From Eledone cirrhosa (Eukaryota), in the NCBI GenBank assembly GCA_964016885.1, contig OZ024742.1, forward strand, positions 113,150,001-113,214,000: DNA of 64,000 nucleotides, written 5' to 3'. The notes below the pieces were generated by a model. The model did not search any database, was not told where the DNA came from, and saw only the letters and a list, made by a program, of their open reading frames with translations. Shown piece by piece: positions 39,801-51,888 of the stretch (position 1 is its first letter; every line of letters begins with the position of its first letter). The position numbers and the translations under genes are program-made.

Positions 39801-41836
39801 CGTTATAGTACTTTCGGGCGTGTGCTTATAGCAACTTATTTATCTGTGAAACATTTCTCCCATGTTCTGGACGGGAGAGCGTTCACTATTTTCACAGATC
39901 ACAAACCGTTGATTTTCGCTTTAAGATCAAAATCTGACAAATATTCGCCTAGGGAAACTAGACATCTGGATTTTTGTTTCCCAATACACCAATGATATTC
40001 AACATATTCCGGGTGCTTTGAACACTGCGGCAGACGCCTTGTCTCGTCTCCCGATAGCTTCGGTCTCGTCGTCTAACGATATAGTTTTGCCTCAAATGGC
40101 CATTGACCAACCCTCGCTTGAATCATTGGAGTGCACATCGCCGGGGTTCATTAACTGCAATATAACATACCTTCCTTTATCAACCGCTGACTGACAGACA
40201 GATACTTTGTGATATTTCGTTGGACTCACCACGACCTCTCGTTCCAGTTGGTCATCGACGAACTGTATTTCTCGCTTTGCATGGCATTTCTCACCCAGGA
40301 GCTACAGCCTCGGTAAAACTTATAACAGCCAGATTGTTCTGGCCTGATATGAGACGTGACATTGCTGCTTGGTGCCGTTCTTGCGTCGCTTGCCTAAGTC
40401 AAAAGTTCATAAGCACGTTAAAACTCCTCTCGGAACTTTCACCTGTCCTGATGCCAGATTTCGTCACATTCATGTGGACATCGTCGTCCCGTGGCCGATT
40501 AGTCGTGGTTATTCGTATATTTTGACGATCGTTGACCGTTTTTCGCGTTGGCCTGAAGCCATCCCTATGACATATATCACTGCTGAAACAACAGCGCGTA
40601 CTCTCGTATCTGCATGGATCGCTCGTTTTGGAGTACCAACCACAATAACAACAGACCGCGGTCGTCAATTTGATTCGAACCTCTTCTGTGAATTAACACA
40701 AATTATTGGCGCTACTCGCATAAGAACCATGGCATATCATCCAGCATCAAACGGAATGGTGGAAAGATTTCACAGACAGCTAAAGCCTGTTTAAGGGCTT
40801 CAATGGACTCTTCACGTTGGAGTGAGTACCTACCTATTGTGTTGTTAGGTATTCGGTCGAAAATAAAGGTGGACCTTGGGTTCTCCCCGGCCGAATTGAT
40901 TTATGGTACTCCTCCTGCGTTACCGGGGCAAATGCTTGCTCCTGTTGATATTGCTTCGCAGGATCCCGCTTCCTACGTGTCCCGGCTTCATTCTTACTTC
41001 CAGGATTTACCACCGATGGACACTAGTAAGCAAACTGTAAAAACTGCCGTCCCAAAGGATATTGCCTTGTGGACACATCTGTTCGTTAGAGACGACGCTC
41101 TGAGACCCCCTCTCACACCGCCGTAATCTGGACCCTATCGTATGCTTGCTCGTACAGAGAAATATTTCACAGTGGACATTAGGGGGTCCAGGGAAACTAA
41201 TTCCGTTGATCGCCTCAAACGAGCCAATCTGGACTCTGACACAGTGACACTTGAACCACATATGCCCCCTTCTTTTTCTTCGCCACACACACTTGTTTTT
41301 TAATCCCCCCCCCCCCACACCAACATACAGAAATACGACCGGTTCAAGTTGAAGGGTGCATTGGCCCCGTAAGCTATTCAGTACTATAAACTTGTGAATT
41401 GTATTCTTTTTCCTTGCAGTTATTTTTACTGTATATTGGATTTGTTGTTGCATTTTGTACCCTGACTGCCTATGATATTTTTAAGGCATATTATAATTTT
41501 TCATTGCATTTTGTAACCTTACTGCCTATGGCATTTTCAATGCCTATCATTTTTACTGCGAATAGTATTTTTAATGCATTTTGAATTTATTGCTGCATGT
41601 GTATAATTATTGCATTTGTTGTATATTTTGTGTGTAATGCTTGCATGCATTAATCTATTTCACCTCTATATTGTTCGTTTTGAAACCGGTTTCAACAACT
41701 TGTAAAGAGTACCTTCTAAGGCTTGGCTTCATTGTTATATACTACAGGAATTTCTATTGCACCAATTTACAACTTCTGGTTCCTCCATGCTATCGTTTGT
41801 TTTACGATTTTTATTCAAAATCTGGTCGGAGGTGAT

Positions 41837-41939
41837 TGTAGTAACTATGGCGACAGTGTGTTGACTATAGCAACTCAGTTTCTCCACCTGTGGGTAACAC
41901 AAACAAATAGCTAATTACTTTCCTTATCTCGGCGTTCTC
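41837..41939 (+). repeat. Truncated Gypsy 3' LTR (103 bp)
   Basis: 4 mismatches versus 36408-36510; preceded by purine-rich ggtcggaggtga; LINE sequence resumes at about 41940. Confidence 0.9.
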
Positions 41940-43821
41940 AGGGGTTGGAATGCTGCGATGTACAGCGACATCTGATTAGTTGCGAGGGTGAACGGTCACC
42001 TGTCGCCGCCGTTCAGGATCATGCGCTCTGTCCACCTGGGTTGTCCCCTCTCGTCTCTCTTGTACGTATTGACTCTCGAGCCGTTACTCCACAAACTGGG
42101 GGCAATTAGGGACGTCGCACGCAAACCAGGATGCGGGAAATCCGATTCGGCTTACGCCGACGACATTACCTTGTTGCTGTCGAGCACCAGACACGTCCAG
42201 ATGCTCGTCACCGCTCTCAAGGATTACGTCGTCGTGACAGGAGCAAAGATAAACCAGGACAATTCGGTGGGCTTGCAGCTCAGCACCTGGAGAGGCAAGT
42301 CCATGCCGTCTGACAGCGTCGTGGGGCGTTGGACGGACGGACCATTTAAACTGCTCCGCATCTGGCTCGGACCCGACCTCCAGATGGAGAAAACCTGGAG
42401 CGAGGTGACGAGTAAAGTAGCCTCCCTCACCCAGAAATGGGGGGGGGGGGAGAGGAAGTTTTCCCTCTCTGAAAGGCCTGGTGGAGGTGACGAATGCGTA
42501 CATCGCACCCGTCATCTGCTACCGCCTCACCGTCATCACTTGCCCAGGCCCAACTCTCACCAAAATGGAACGCCTCCTCTACAGCTTTTTGTGGAAGGGA
42601 CGCGCTCCCATGGTCAGACGATCCGTGGCGTGGAGGACCGGGCATGCCATGGCTGATGATATGCAGACATGCGCTGAGGCTGCGACATCTCTGGTGCTTC
42701 CATGACGGTGAACATGTGTGGTCGCCGTTCGCCAGGCATGTTTTCCCACAACTCGTCTCCTTGACCAAGCTGCTGTCCTGGGTCAGGAAAAGACCGAGTG
42801 ACAGCGCTTAGAAACTGGAATGACTCCAGGCGCACACTACCCTCTGCCAGCTGGGAACCAGTATCGGTGGAACATCCACCTCGGCGTTCTATAGAGGACT
42901 AGTGGAATGGAAGGGCGACGACTCTCTCGGAGAGATCCTGTGCATCGAAGAAGATCAGCTGTTTGCTCTCTTCCGCGGTACTTTCAGCCGAGGGCATATC
43001 GATAACATCCAAAAATCCCTGGTCAAGCAGCGCTACCGGGGAGCGTTACCGGTTCGAGTCGAGATAAACTCTACAGGCACGGAAGTCCGTCAGCCGAGCC
43101 TATCCGATATGTTTGCAGAGCGACGAAACCGTCGCGCACGAACTTGTTCAGTGTCCGAGCATTGCTGACTTGTGGAGCTATGTCGAACAGATGCTGTCGC
43201 GTGTAGGACTGATCCGGTTATCGAGTCCATTGTGCAGATTGTTTGAGTCCATTGTGCCGTCTTCCTTCGAGGAGGAAAGGCAGGCGGTTTTCATTGTCTG
43301 GTGGCCATGGCGAAAGAGATTTTGTGGTGGACAAGGTTGAAATTGTTAAAGACAGAGACTTTCCTCTTCGGCGAATCCCTGATAAACTCTTTCAAGTTTC
43401 ACTTGAAGAGGAATATTAGGGTGGAAAGGCAAGTGCTACCTTCTAGCAAGTTTGTTGAAAGGTGGGGAATGTAGCGAGAATGGTCCGAGTCAACGGGACT
43501 GATCTGAATATACGCCTGTAGTTTGAGAAATAGAAAAATTGAGAAAGGGCGCTTGCCCTTGTGGTAGGGTGATCGTGGTCTTGTGTGTGGTTTTTGCCAC
43601 GAGCAACCCTCGGAGGTTCCCCCCTATTGGGGAATTTTTCATTGTTTCAATTTTCATTTTTATTGTTCATATATATTTATGTTTCTATGTCCTTTTTTTT
43701 CATTTCATATATAAATAATAAAAATGTTTACACGCACAAAACTCACATCATACCGTCCTGTACCGTCCTGTGCCGTCTGTAATGTTTTTCTTGATGTCAT
43801 CCCTTGTGGCCAATAAAGAAA

Positions 43822-43853
<32 letters not shown>

Positions 43854-43860
43854 GTTATTA

Positions 43861-46800
43861 CTCCTTGATTCTCAGTCATAGAGGTTAGTTAACTGGAAAG
43901 TTTGTTGGAATGAATATCAAGCCACTACCTGCAGCCTCAGATATTCAGGACGTATCGGAGGGTTCTTGCTGTTTCCAGCAAGCATGCCTTTTGAAGCGTT
44001 CCAAAAAGCGTGAAGGGGCCGATTTTCTTTAACCATCCCTGGAAACTTTTGGAGATAGTCCCTAGTGCGCCTATGCCAATCGGGATCACTGTGACTTCAT
44101 GGCAGTTCCAAATCCTTTTTACCTCCCACTTTAAGTCCTGGTATCGGTTAATTTTCTCCCTCTCCTTCTCTTGCACACTCGTGTCGAATGGGCAGGCCAC
44201 ATCCACAATCAAGCACGATCTTTTTTCTTTGTCCACAACCACCAGGTAGGGTCTATTGTGTTCCAGTGTCTTGTCCGTCTGTATCCTAAAATCCCACAGC
44301 ACCTTCACCTGATCGTTCTCTATCACCGGCTATGGTTTATGCTCATACCATTTCTCAGAATGTGGTAAATTGTTTACATTGCACAGGTGCCAGTGGATCA
44401 CCCTGCTCATCACATCATGTCTACAGCCCTTATAGAGGGTCTGGGCTAGGTGTTTACACTCGGATACAATGTGAGCCACAGCCTCCTCTCTCTCTCCACA
44501 GATCCTGCACAGTGGGCTAGCCTCCTCCTTGTAAATATTGTGTTTCAACCACTTCTTTTTGAGGGCCTGCTCCTGCGCAGCCATTAACATTCCTTCTGTA
44601 GCCTGTTTAAGGTTTCCTCTTTTCAACCAGATCCATGTCTGTGGATCTCTAAATTCAGTTTTCTCAAAGAAGGTACTATGAATTGATTTTTCCTGGAGGC
44701 TGCTCTTTCTCCTTGATGTTATTTCCTCCCTGGACATCCCATGGCCTATTGTCCCCTCCTTCAGTACAGTTCTGAGCATTGGCTCCTTACTATCAGTCAC
44801 GTATTTGTGTAGGTTGTTTTTCTCCATCTGAACACAGTCCTCTATGCTGATAAGACCTCTTCCACCTTCTGATCTCCTTAAGGAGAGTCTATCGACCTTA
44901 CTCCTCTTGTGGAACATGTTGTACATAGTCAATAGCTTCCTAGTCTTCCTATCCATTTCTTTTTGTTCAGCAACATTCCATCACAGAATTCCCGCACTGT
45001 ACCTAATAATAGACACAGCTCGGGAATTTACTGCGCTTATGGCATTCTGCTGTTCAGATGTGACTTCAATACGCTCCTTACTCTCCGAATGTATTCAGTT
45101 CTTAACAATTCCTTAATGTTTTTGTTCTTGATGCCATCAGCCTCCAGAACGCCCAAATACTTGTATACTTCCTCAGAGTCAATTTCCTTTATCATCTCAC
45201 CTGTTGGTATCTGGATTCCGTTACTTCTGCTCAACCTACCCCTCCTCATCACAATGACTCCACACTTACTAATACCAAATTGCATACATATATCATTGCT
45301 GAAAATACGGACAGTGTCAACAAGCACATCCAACTCCTTCTCACTCTTCCCGAAGAGCTTAAGATCGTCCATGAAGAGGAGCTGATTGATGGTAAGCCCT
45401 CCCTTTCCCAACCTGTATCCTGCTCTCAGTTTTCGCAGTACACTGGTCAAGGACTCAGGGCAAGGACATACAACAGAGGGGACAGACTATCTCCTCGGAA
45501 GATACCTCTCTTGATCTTCACGCTTCCCAAGGATTCTCCTGTTGATGTTAACTCTGTTTCCCAGGACTTCATACTTTTGCCCAACAACTGTCTGATGTTA
45601 TCTGCCACCTTGAAGATCTCCAGGCTTTTGGTGATCCAAGAATGAGGCACCATGTCAAATGCCTTTTTGCATTCTATCCATCCCATGGCAAGACCAGTGT
45701 GTCTCATCTTGCAATTACTCATTACCATCTTATAAATAAGTAACTGGTCCTTTGTACCACTTGACTTCTTTGGGCATCCTTTCTGTTCGTCCGGTAACAA
45801 GTTGTTTGTGTGGAGGTGAAGGTAGATTTCCTCAGACATAATGCTTGTCAACAGTTTCCACAGTACGGACAGACATGTGATAGGTCTATAGTTGGTAACT
45901 TCATTACCCTTGATTCGGTCTTTCATTATCAGAACTATGGTACCTTATGTCAACCACTCTGGTACCTCACCTGACATCAAGCAGTCATTGAACATGGTTG
46001 TCAGTTTCGGGTGGGGGGATGTTATATTTTTAATCCAATACCCCTGCACACCATCTGGGTCTGGCGATTCCAGTTGGTTAGTTTTTTTGGCCTGCCCCTT
46101 AAGAGTTTCAACTGTGATACTCAAATCAGTTTGTTGGTGTGCCTGTTCACTAATCTCCTTCTGTACTGTCTCAATCCACACTGCTTGGTCATTATGTTCA
46201 ACATCCTGCTCCCATATTCCTCTCAGAATGTTTTAGTTTGTTCCGCGTCAGTGATCAAATCTGTGCCTCTTTCTTTCCCTTCAAGCTGTCCAAACAGCAT
46301 CTTCTGGCTGTTGTCGAACCTGCGGTTCTGTCAATACTGACTGACTCTGTTCTCGTATCGCCTAATCTTTGCACTCTTTGCTACCATGCGTTGCTTCAGT
46401 TCCTCTTTGATAATATTTAGCTTTTTCCTCCTAGTTTTGTACTTTATTTCCAGTCTATTTTTAGTGTCTATGTTTTTTAATGCCCCATTCAGTAGGGACT
46501 CAAGCTTTCCAATGTCATTTCTCATTTCCCTGATTTGACCACTCAGTCGTTTCTTCCAACAAGGCTGTTGCTTTGAGGATATTGTTGCTCTGGTGAAGGC
46601 TCCTCGCCTCAAGGTATCGGATGACTTTGTTTACCTTAGCTGATGTTTTTTTAACTTGTTCCTGTCTACAAATCTTAGGTTCATAGGTCTCCCACTATCA
46701 TTGTTCAATTCATCTACCACTAAGTTTAGGATATCAACCAAATCTTGTCCTAGCCCGTCAGCATTCATCTCCTCAGTGGCCGTTTCTATCTCTGTTCCAG

Positions 46801-47340
46801 GTATTATTTATCTCAGCATTCAAATTAATGTCTGCTTCTGGTGGTTCCTTCGTTCTCTCGACCTCTTCACCTTCATTTCCCACTAGCTCGTTTGCCTGAC
46901 ATACTCCACTCTCCATCTCCAAGCTAATCTCTCTGTTCAGTTCCTCCAGTTCCAGCTCGCTTATCCACCCATTAGTTCTTATTACCCGAGCCTGTCCGAC
47001 CAATTTAAATAGACCAATCTCGTTCCAGATGTTATGCATCCGTTTCGTAAAGCCTTTCTCCTTGGGGTTACTCTTCAGGTAACATTGCATAACAGTTCTA
47101 TTCAATTCTTTCGTCCAGTTGGTTCTGGTCCCTTTCCTTCTTCTTCTTCCTCCGACACCAGCAGTAAATGGTTGACAGCCAGGTCCCTGCTGCTGAGCCA
47201 GGGAGCACCTGTTGGGTGAGAGTCTGTCACATGACATTCTACTCTCCATTTCACCGTTATTCGAACTGTTTAGGTTCGACATTTAAACACTCTTATCGAA
47301 AATTGGCAAATGTATGGTTACATTTGCGATAAGTAATCAT
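43861..47340 (-). mobile_element. Near full-length R4/Dong-type RLE LINE (single ORF 47282 to 43937, frameshifted)
   Basis: RTNWTKELN N-terminus, NYRPITCL, GIFRGDSLSP, LFMDDLKLF, CRICGEREEAVAHIVSEC, NRPY..IVDVACPFD..KINRYQDL; 3' end runs into (TAA)n. Confidence 0.92.
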
Positions 47341-50300
47341 TAGACCCCTTAGGTTGCATTCCCAGAGCGCCTAGAACCACCGGTATTGTTTTAGTTCTCA
47401 ATTTCCACATTTTTCCAATTTCTATCTCCAGGTCCTTATTCTTGCTCAATTTTTCAAATGTTTTTATAGATACATTCTTGTCTATTGGAACAGACATATC
47501 AATTAGCAGGTATATTTAAAGTCCTTCAATATCATATCAGGTCTATTTGCATCTATTTTTCGGTCTGTTTGGTTGCTAAAGTTCCACAAGATTGAGATGT
47601 GATCTTTTTCATGTATGGGAGGTGGTTGATGCTCCCACCAATTCTTTTGATGGGGCAGGTCAAAATGCTTACACATTATCCAATGTATGTATTGTGCAGC
47701 TCTGTCATGCCTGTTTAGGTATTCGGTTGGAGCTATAGGACTGCACATTGAAATTATATGGTCAATGGTCTCTGGTTGTTTTTTGCATACACGGCATAAT
47801 GGGCTGCATCCATGTTTTATTATGTTGGCTTGGTAATTTTTTGTTGGCAGACACTGATCTTGTGCTGATATAATCAGTCATTGAGTCTCCGATTTCAGTC
47901 CAGAGGATGCCAACCACTGATGGGTTAAAGCTTTGTCAACATCAGGATTGTTAGCTTGCTTCTGGGTATTTTCCATACAGAGGATTTTCTTGCCATTTCT
48001 TAGCCAGTTTCTGAAGCAGTTCTTTCTTTGCAGTTACTTTTACTTGCTTTGCTTTTTCTGTGTTTTCCATTTCAGCAGTAAATGGGCCTTCCGAAATTTG
48101 TAGTCCATTACTGTATCTTTTTGCATCTTTTGTAATGGAATATGATCTTTTGATGCTTTCGTGTTTCAATACGAGTTTGAACATCCAATCATGTGATTCC
48201 CTTAGATATGTAGATAATCCAATTGATGCAGTTTTCAACGCAATGTCTAACTGGATTAACCCACGTCCTTCTTCTTTCCTAGGGAGATATATTCTATCTA
48301 TATCTGCATTACGGTGATGCATTCTGCGCATGGTTAAGAATTTTCGAATTTTTGTATCGAGCCTACGGATCTCTGTGCTTGACCAGTTGATGACATTGTA
48401 ACTGTAGGTTACTACTGCTATGGCAAGCGTGTTTATGGCATCGATCCTCTTCCTTGCATTCAATTCCGTTCTTAAGATTGCTCTTACTCAGCGGTAACAT
48501 TCCTTCCTTAACCTTTCCCTCATTGTCGAGTGCTTGATTCCGTCTCCTTCACAAACACCTAGATATTTGTAAGTTTTTTCTTGATCAAGTTCTCTTATCA
48601 CGTTCCCCCGATCAAGATTAATGTCTGAACTCTTCAGCAGATTTCCTCTGGTGAACGTTGCTTTGGCGCATTTATCTAGTCCAAACTCCATTTTAATGTC
48701 ATCACTGAACTGCTCCACAGTGGAAAATAGCCCTAGCAATTGTTCATCATTTTTTGCAAATAGTTTCAGGTCATCCATGTAGAACAAGTGATTAATGGTT
48801 TTGTCATAGACTTTATATCCATGTTTTGTTACATTGAGCATTTTACTTAATGGTATAAGTGCGATGCAGAATAACAGCGGTGATAAAGAGTCATTCTGAA
48901 AAATTCCACAATTAATATTAACTTCTCCAGCTTCCACTGATTGTGTTTCACTATTCAAAAGGAGTGTCGTTTTCCATGTCTTCATACTGAATGACAAAAA
49001 CCTCCTGACAACGGGGGATATTTTGAAAATCTCTAAACATTTTTCAATCCAACTGTTTGGCAAACTATCGAATGCTTTTTTTATAATCTATCCAAGCAAT
49101 CGATAGATTTTTGTGTCTATTATGACAATCTTCCAGTATCATTTTGTTAACCAGAAGCTGATCCTTACAGCTATATGAGCCTCGTTTACACCCTTTCTGC
49201 TCAATGGGAAATAGGTCATTTGTTATCAGGTGGTCATATGTGTATTCAGTTAGGACTGATGTTAAAATGTTATACAATGTGGTCAAGCAAGTTATCGCTC
49301 TGTAATTTTTGGGATTGTTTGTCTCATCATTCTTCGGAAGCAGGAATGTAATGCCGTTAATTAGCCATGATGATATCTTTTCTGGCTCCTTAACTATTTC
49401 ATTGTAAAGTTGGGCTAACAGCTCATGAGACTCTGTGAAGGCATTTATCCAAAAGTTTTGTATTTTGTCTTTTCCTGGGGATTTCCATTTGCTGGTTTTT
49501 CTTAGAGCCAAGCGCAACTGTTCAACTGTTATATTTTCCCATATTTGTTCCAATATCTGTATCTTTCATTTGTCTGTCTATCCATGGGGCATGAACGTTA
49601 TGAACTTTCTCTTCGGCCCAGATCTTTTCCCAGAATTCTTGCACTTCCTCCTTAGCAGTTATTGTTGACTTTCCAATTTTTCTGTAGAAGTTTCTTTGGT
49701 TGTTTTTGAACATATTATTGTCCTTATAGAGTCTAGATCGTTTTTCAAAGCGCCTTATACGTGCAGTTTTGGCCGACACTTTTTGCTTGATTATTTCTAT
49801 CAGCATGTCTATGTTTAACATGTTCACCTACTTTATAGTGTGTTAAAATTTCTATGTCAGATCGGAGAAGGTTTATTTGGCGATTGATGTTCTCTTGCAA
49901 GGTATATTTCTTGAGGGAATTCTTTTTTTTTTCATCTTCAATCCACATAAGTGAGTGGTGACTTTAGCCGATGCATAATAGAGATGATTTAAATCAGTAA
50001 TGTTTAGTTTGTTTGTGATGATAATGTTTTTGAGAATTATGTTAGTCTTGTGTATTATCTTTTGGTTCTGTTTGGAGTTCTGGATCTCAGGGAGGGTGTC
50101 TCGTTGCCCCATGTCAGATTCTTTCATTTTCATCCATTCGATCATAATTCCATCCTTCAAGTTGACAAGTTCATTCTCATTCATTTCTTTATCATTTACG
50201 ATCTCATTATTTTCATTTGAAGTTTTATCTTGAGCATGCACTCCCTCCACTTTTTCAATCCTTTCTTTAATTTGTTCTGTTGCCAGTGATTCCGCCCCAA

Positions 50301-50990
50301 CCCTGGAATTCGAAGTGTTACAATTTACCTCGTTTTCATAGTCACATGTTTCCTTTTCCATTCGCTGACTTTGTGCTAATAGCTTGATCTGATCAATTTC
50401 TATATCAGTTAGTAACTTTTTTCTTACAATATTTCTTCGTATATTGACTAGTTTGTTGCTGTCAATATAGCCTCTGTTTTCGGGATGTTTCTTTTTCCAG
50501 TTGATATATGTCTGTTCTGTATTCGATGTATTTGATGGGTAGTACATGGCAGTGTAGAAAGCCTCAAGGAATTCTTTATTATCTTCCCTTGACCATTTTT
50601 CTCTCTTTTTCTTTGGATTTCTTGATGGTGAGCATGGAGGGCCAACAGTAGGAGTATTCCGGTTATGGGAGGTCTCCAGCTCCGAAGTGATTGGAAGGTT
50701 TGAAACATTAGCTGATTTTTCGACCCCAGTCTGGTTCCTCTCTGAGGGACGCGGCCCTTTTTTACCCGGGTGACGGCCGATCCGGTATGAGATTTTATCA
50801 TTAGACATTTACTTTATTTTGTCGCGTTTTATCCTTATCCGCCAAGGGGTAATCATTTCGTGTTACCACTTCTAGAACGAGTGTCAACCAAGACTAGAAG
50901 GGTCGTTCTCCCCTAGAGACACGGCTATTCCCCGCCGGACGCCATCCCGGTATTTCTGGTCACGGGGTTTTCTTTTTGTTGTTTTTTTTA
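47341..50990 (-). mobile_element. Second R4/Dong-type LINE family, ORF from 50808, 3' end missing inside the RLE domain
   Basis: REKWSREDN N-terminus, KSPGKDKI, NYRAITCL, LFYMDDLKLF, NRPDMIL; the coding trace stops at VVLGALG (~47360). Confidence 0.92.
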
Positions 50991-51044
50991 AAATGGTTAT
51001 TAACATAAGTAGTTCCTTAATGTGAGCATTAAGAATGAAATTAT

Positions 51045-51096
51045 TAATAATTGTCTCCACTCCAGGCACAAGTCCAGCAATCACCCAGTGCATTAC
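51045..51096 (-). mobile_element. SINE tail fragment
   Basis: Reverse complement gtaatgcactgggtgattgctggacttgtgcctggagtggagacaattatt. Confidence 0.65.
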
Positions 51097-51830
51097 AATA
51101 ATATAATATACTTTTTGCTGCCGGTAGCTAGGTCACTAAGTGAATCTATTTATATCTTTTGCTAGCCTCTCCCTTGTCTAGTGATACCGCCACCTTCCCC
51201 TTTCTCAAGTTAACAGGGGAATAGTGGTGGTAGCAATGAATAATTGGTGGCGGCGGTGATGGGATAGTGGTAGCAATGATGGATGGAGTGGTGGCGGCGG
51301 TGGCGTTGTTGTTACTGAGTGTTGTGATATGTAGTATCTATGAGTTTGTGTCGCGTATGTTTAATATATATTGTGTTGACATATTCCCGTAAAATTGGAA
51401 TTAAACATTTTGTTAAAACTTGAGAGAATAATAATAGTAATTATTATTATGATGCTGGGATTGGTGGTGGTCGTGGTGAAATTGCCGTTATCTGGCTGGT
51501 ATATTTAGTGTGATGGGGTAGGTGGTGTATCAAGTTTCTGGTGTTGGTGAAATTGCTGTTATTTGGCTGTTCTATATAGTGTAGACAGAGGGTGTTTTCT
51601 TCCATTTATAACCATTTTCTTTTTTGAATACAAAATATATAATACAAAATTGAATATTTGAGCGATATAACAATATAATATGGATCCGAAATTTTAATGG
51701 ACTTGATTCGGTGGTTTATGCAACATTTGTACTAAGAATTGTTATTTCACAATTGATTTAAATATGTTAAAAATCAATAACTTACGGGAGCGATTTCATG
51801 ACCTTCTACCACCACGTGCGTCTTCTTCCC

Positions 51831-51880
<50 letters not shown>

Positions 51881-51888
51881 GTATTATT

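Larger units (their letters stand above)
36408..41939 (+). mobile_element. Ty3/Gypsy LTR retrotransposon (gag-PR-RT-RH-IN), disabled
   Basis: gag 37495-38280; protease LVDTGA (~38365); [17 protein letters not shown]; RNase H TDHKPL; integrase [26 protein letters not shown]. Confidence 0.95.
32903..43825 (+). mobile_element. Near full-length Tx1/L1-type LINE (ORF1 ~33000-34600; ORF2 APE-RT-zinc finger from 34635 to 43521), disabled and interrupted by a Gypsy element
   Basis: APE SINARGL..VAISETR..DWNC..SYLDRVF; RT KSPGLD..FRPITLLNAEFKILAK, then after the insertion GCPLS, AYADDIT and a C-terminal cysteine motif; ends aataaagaaatc(ATT)n and begins after (TTA)n. Confidence 0.9.
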
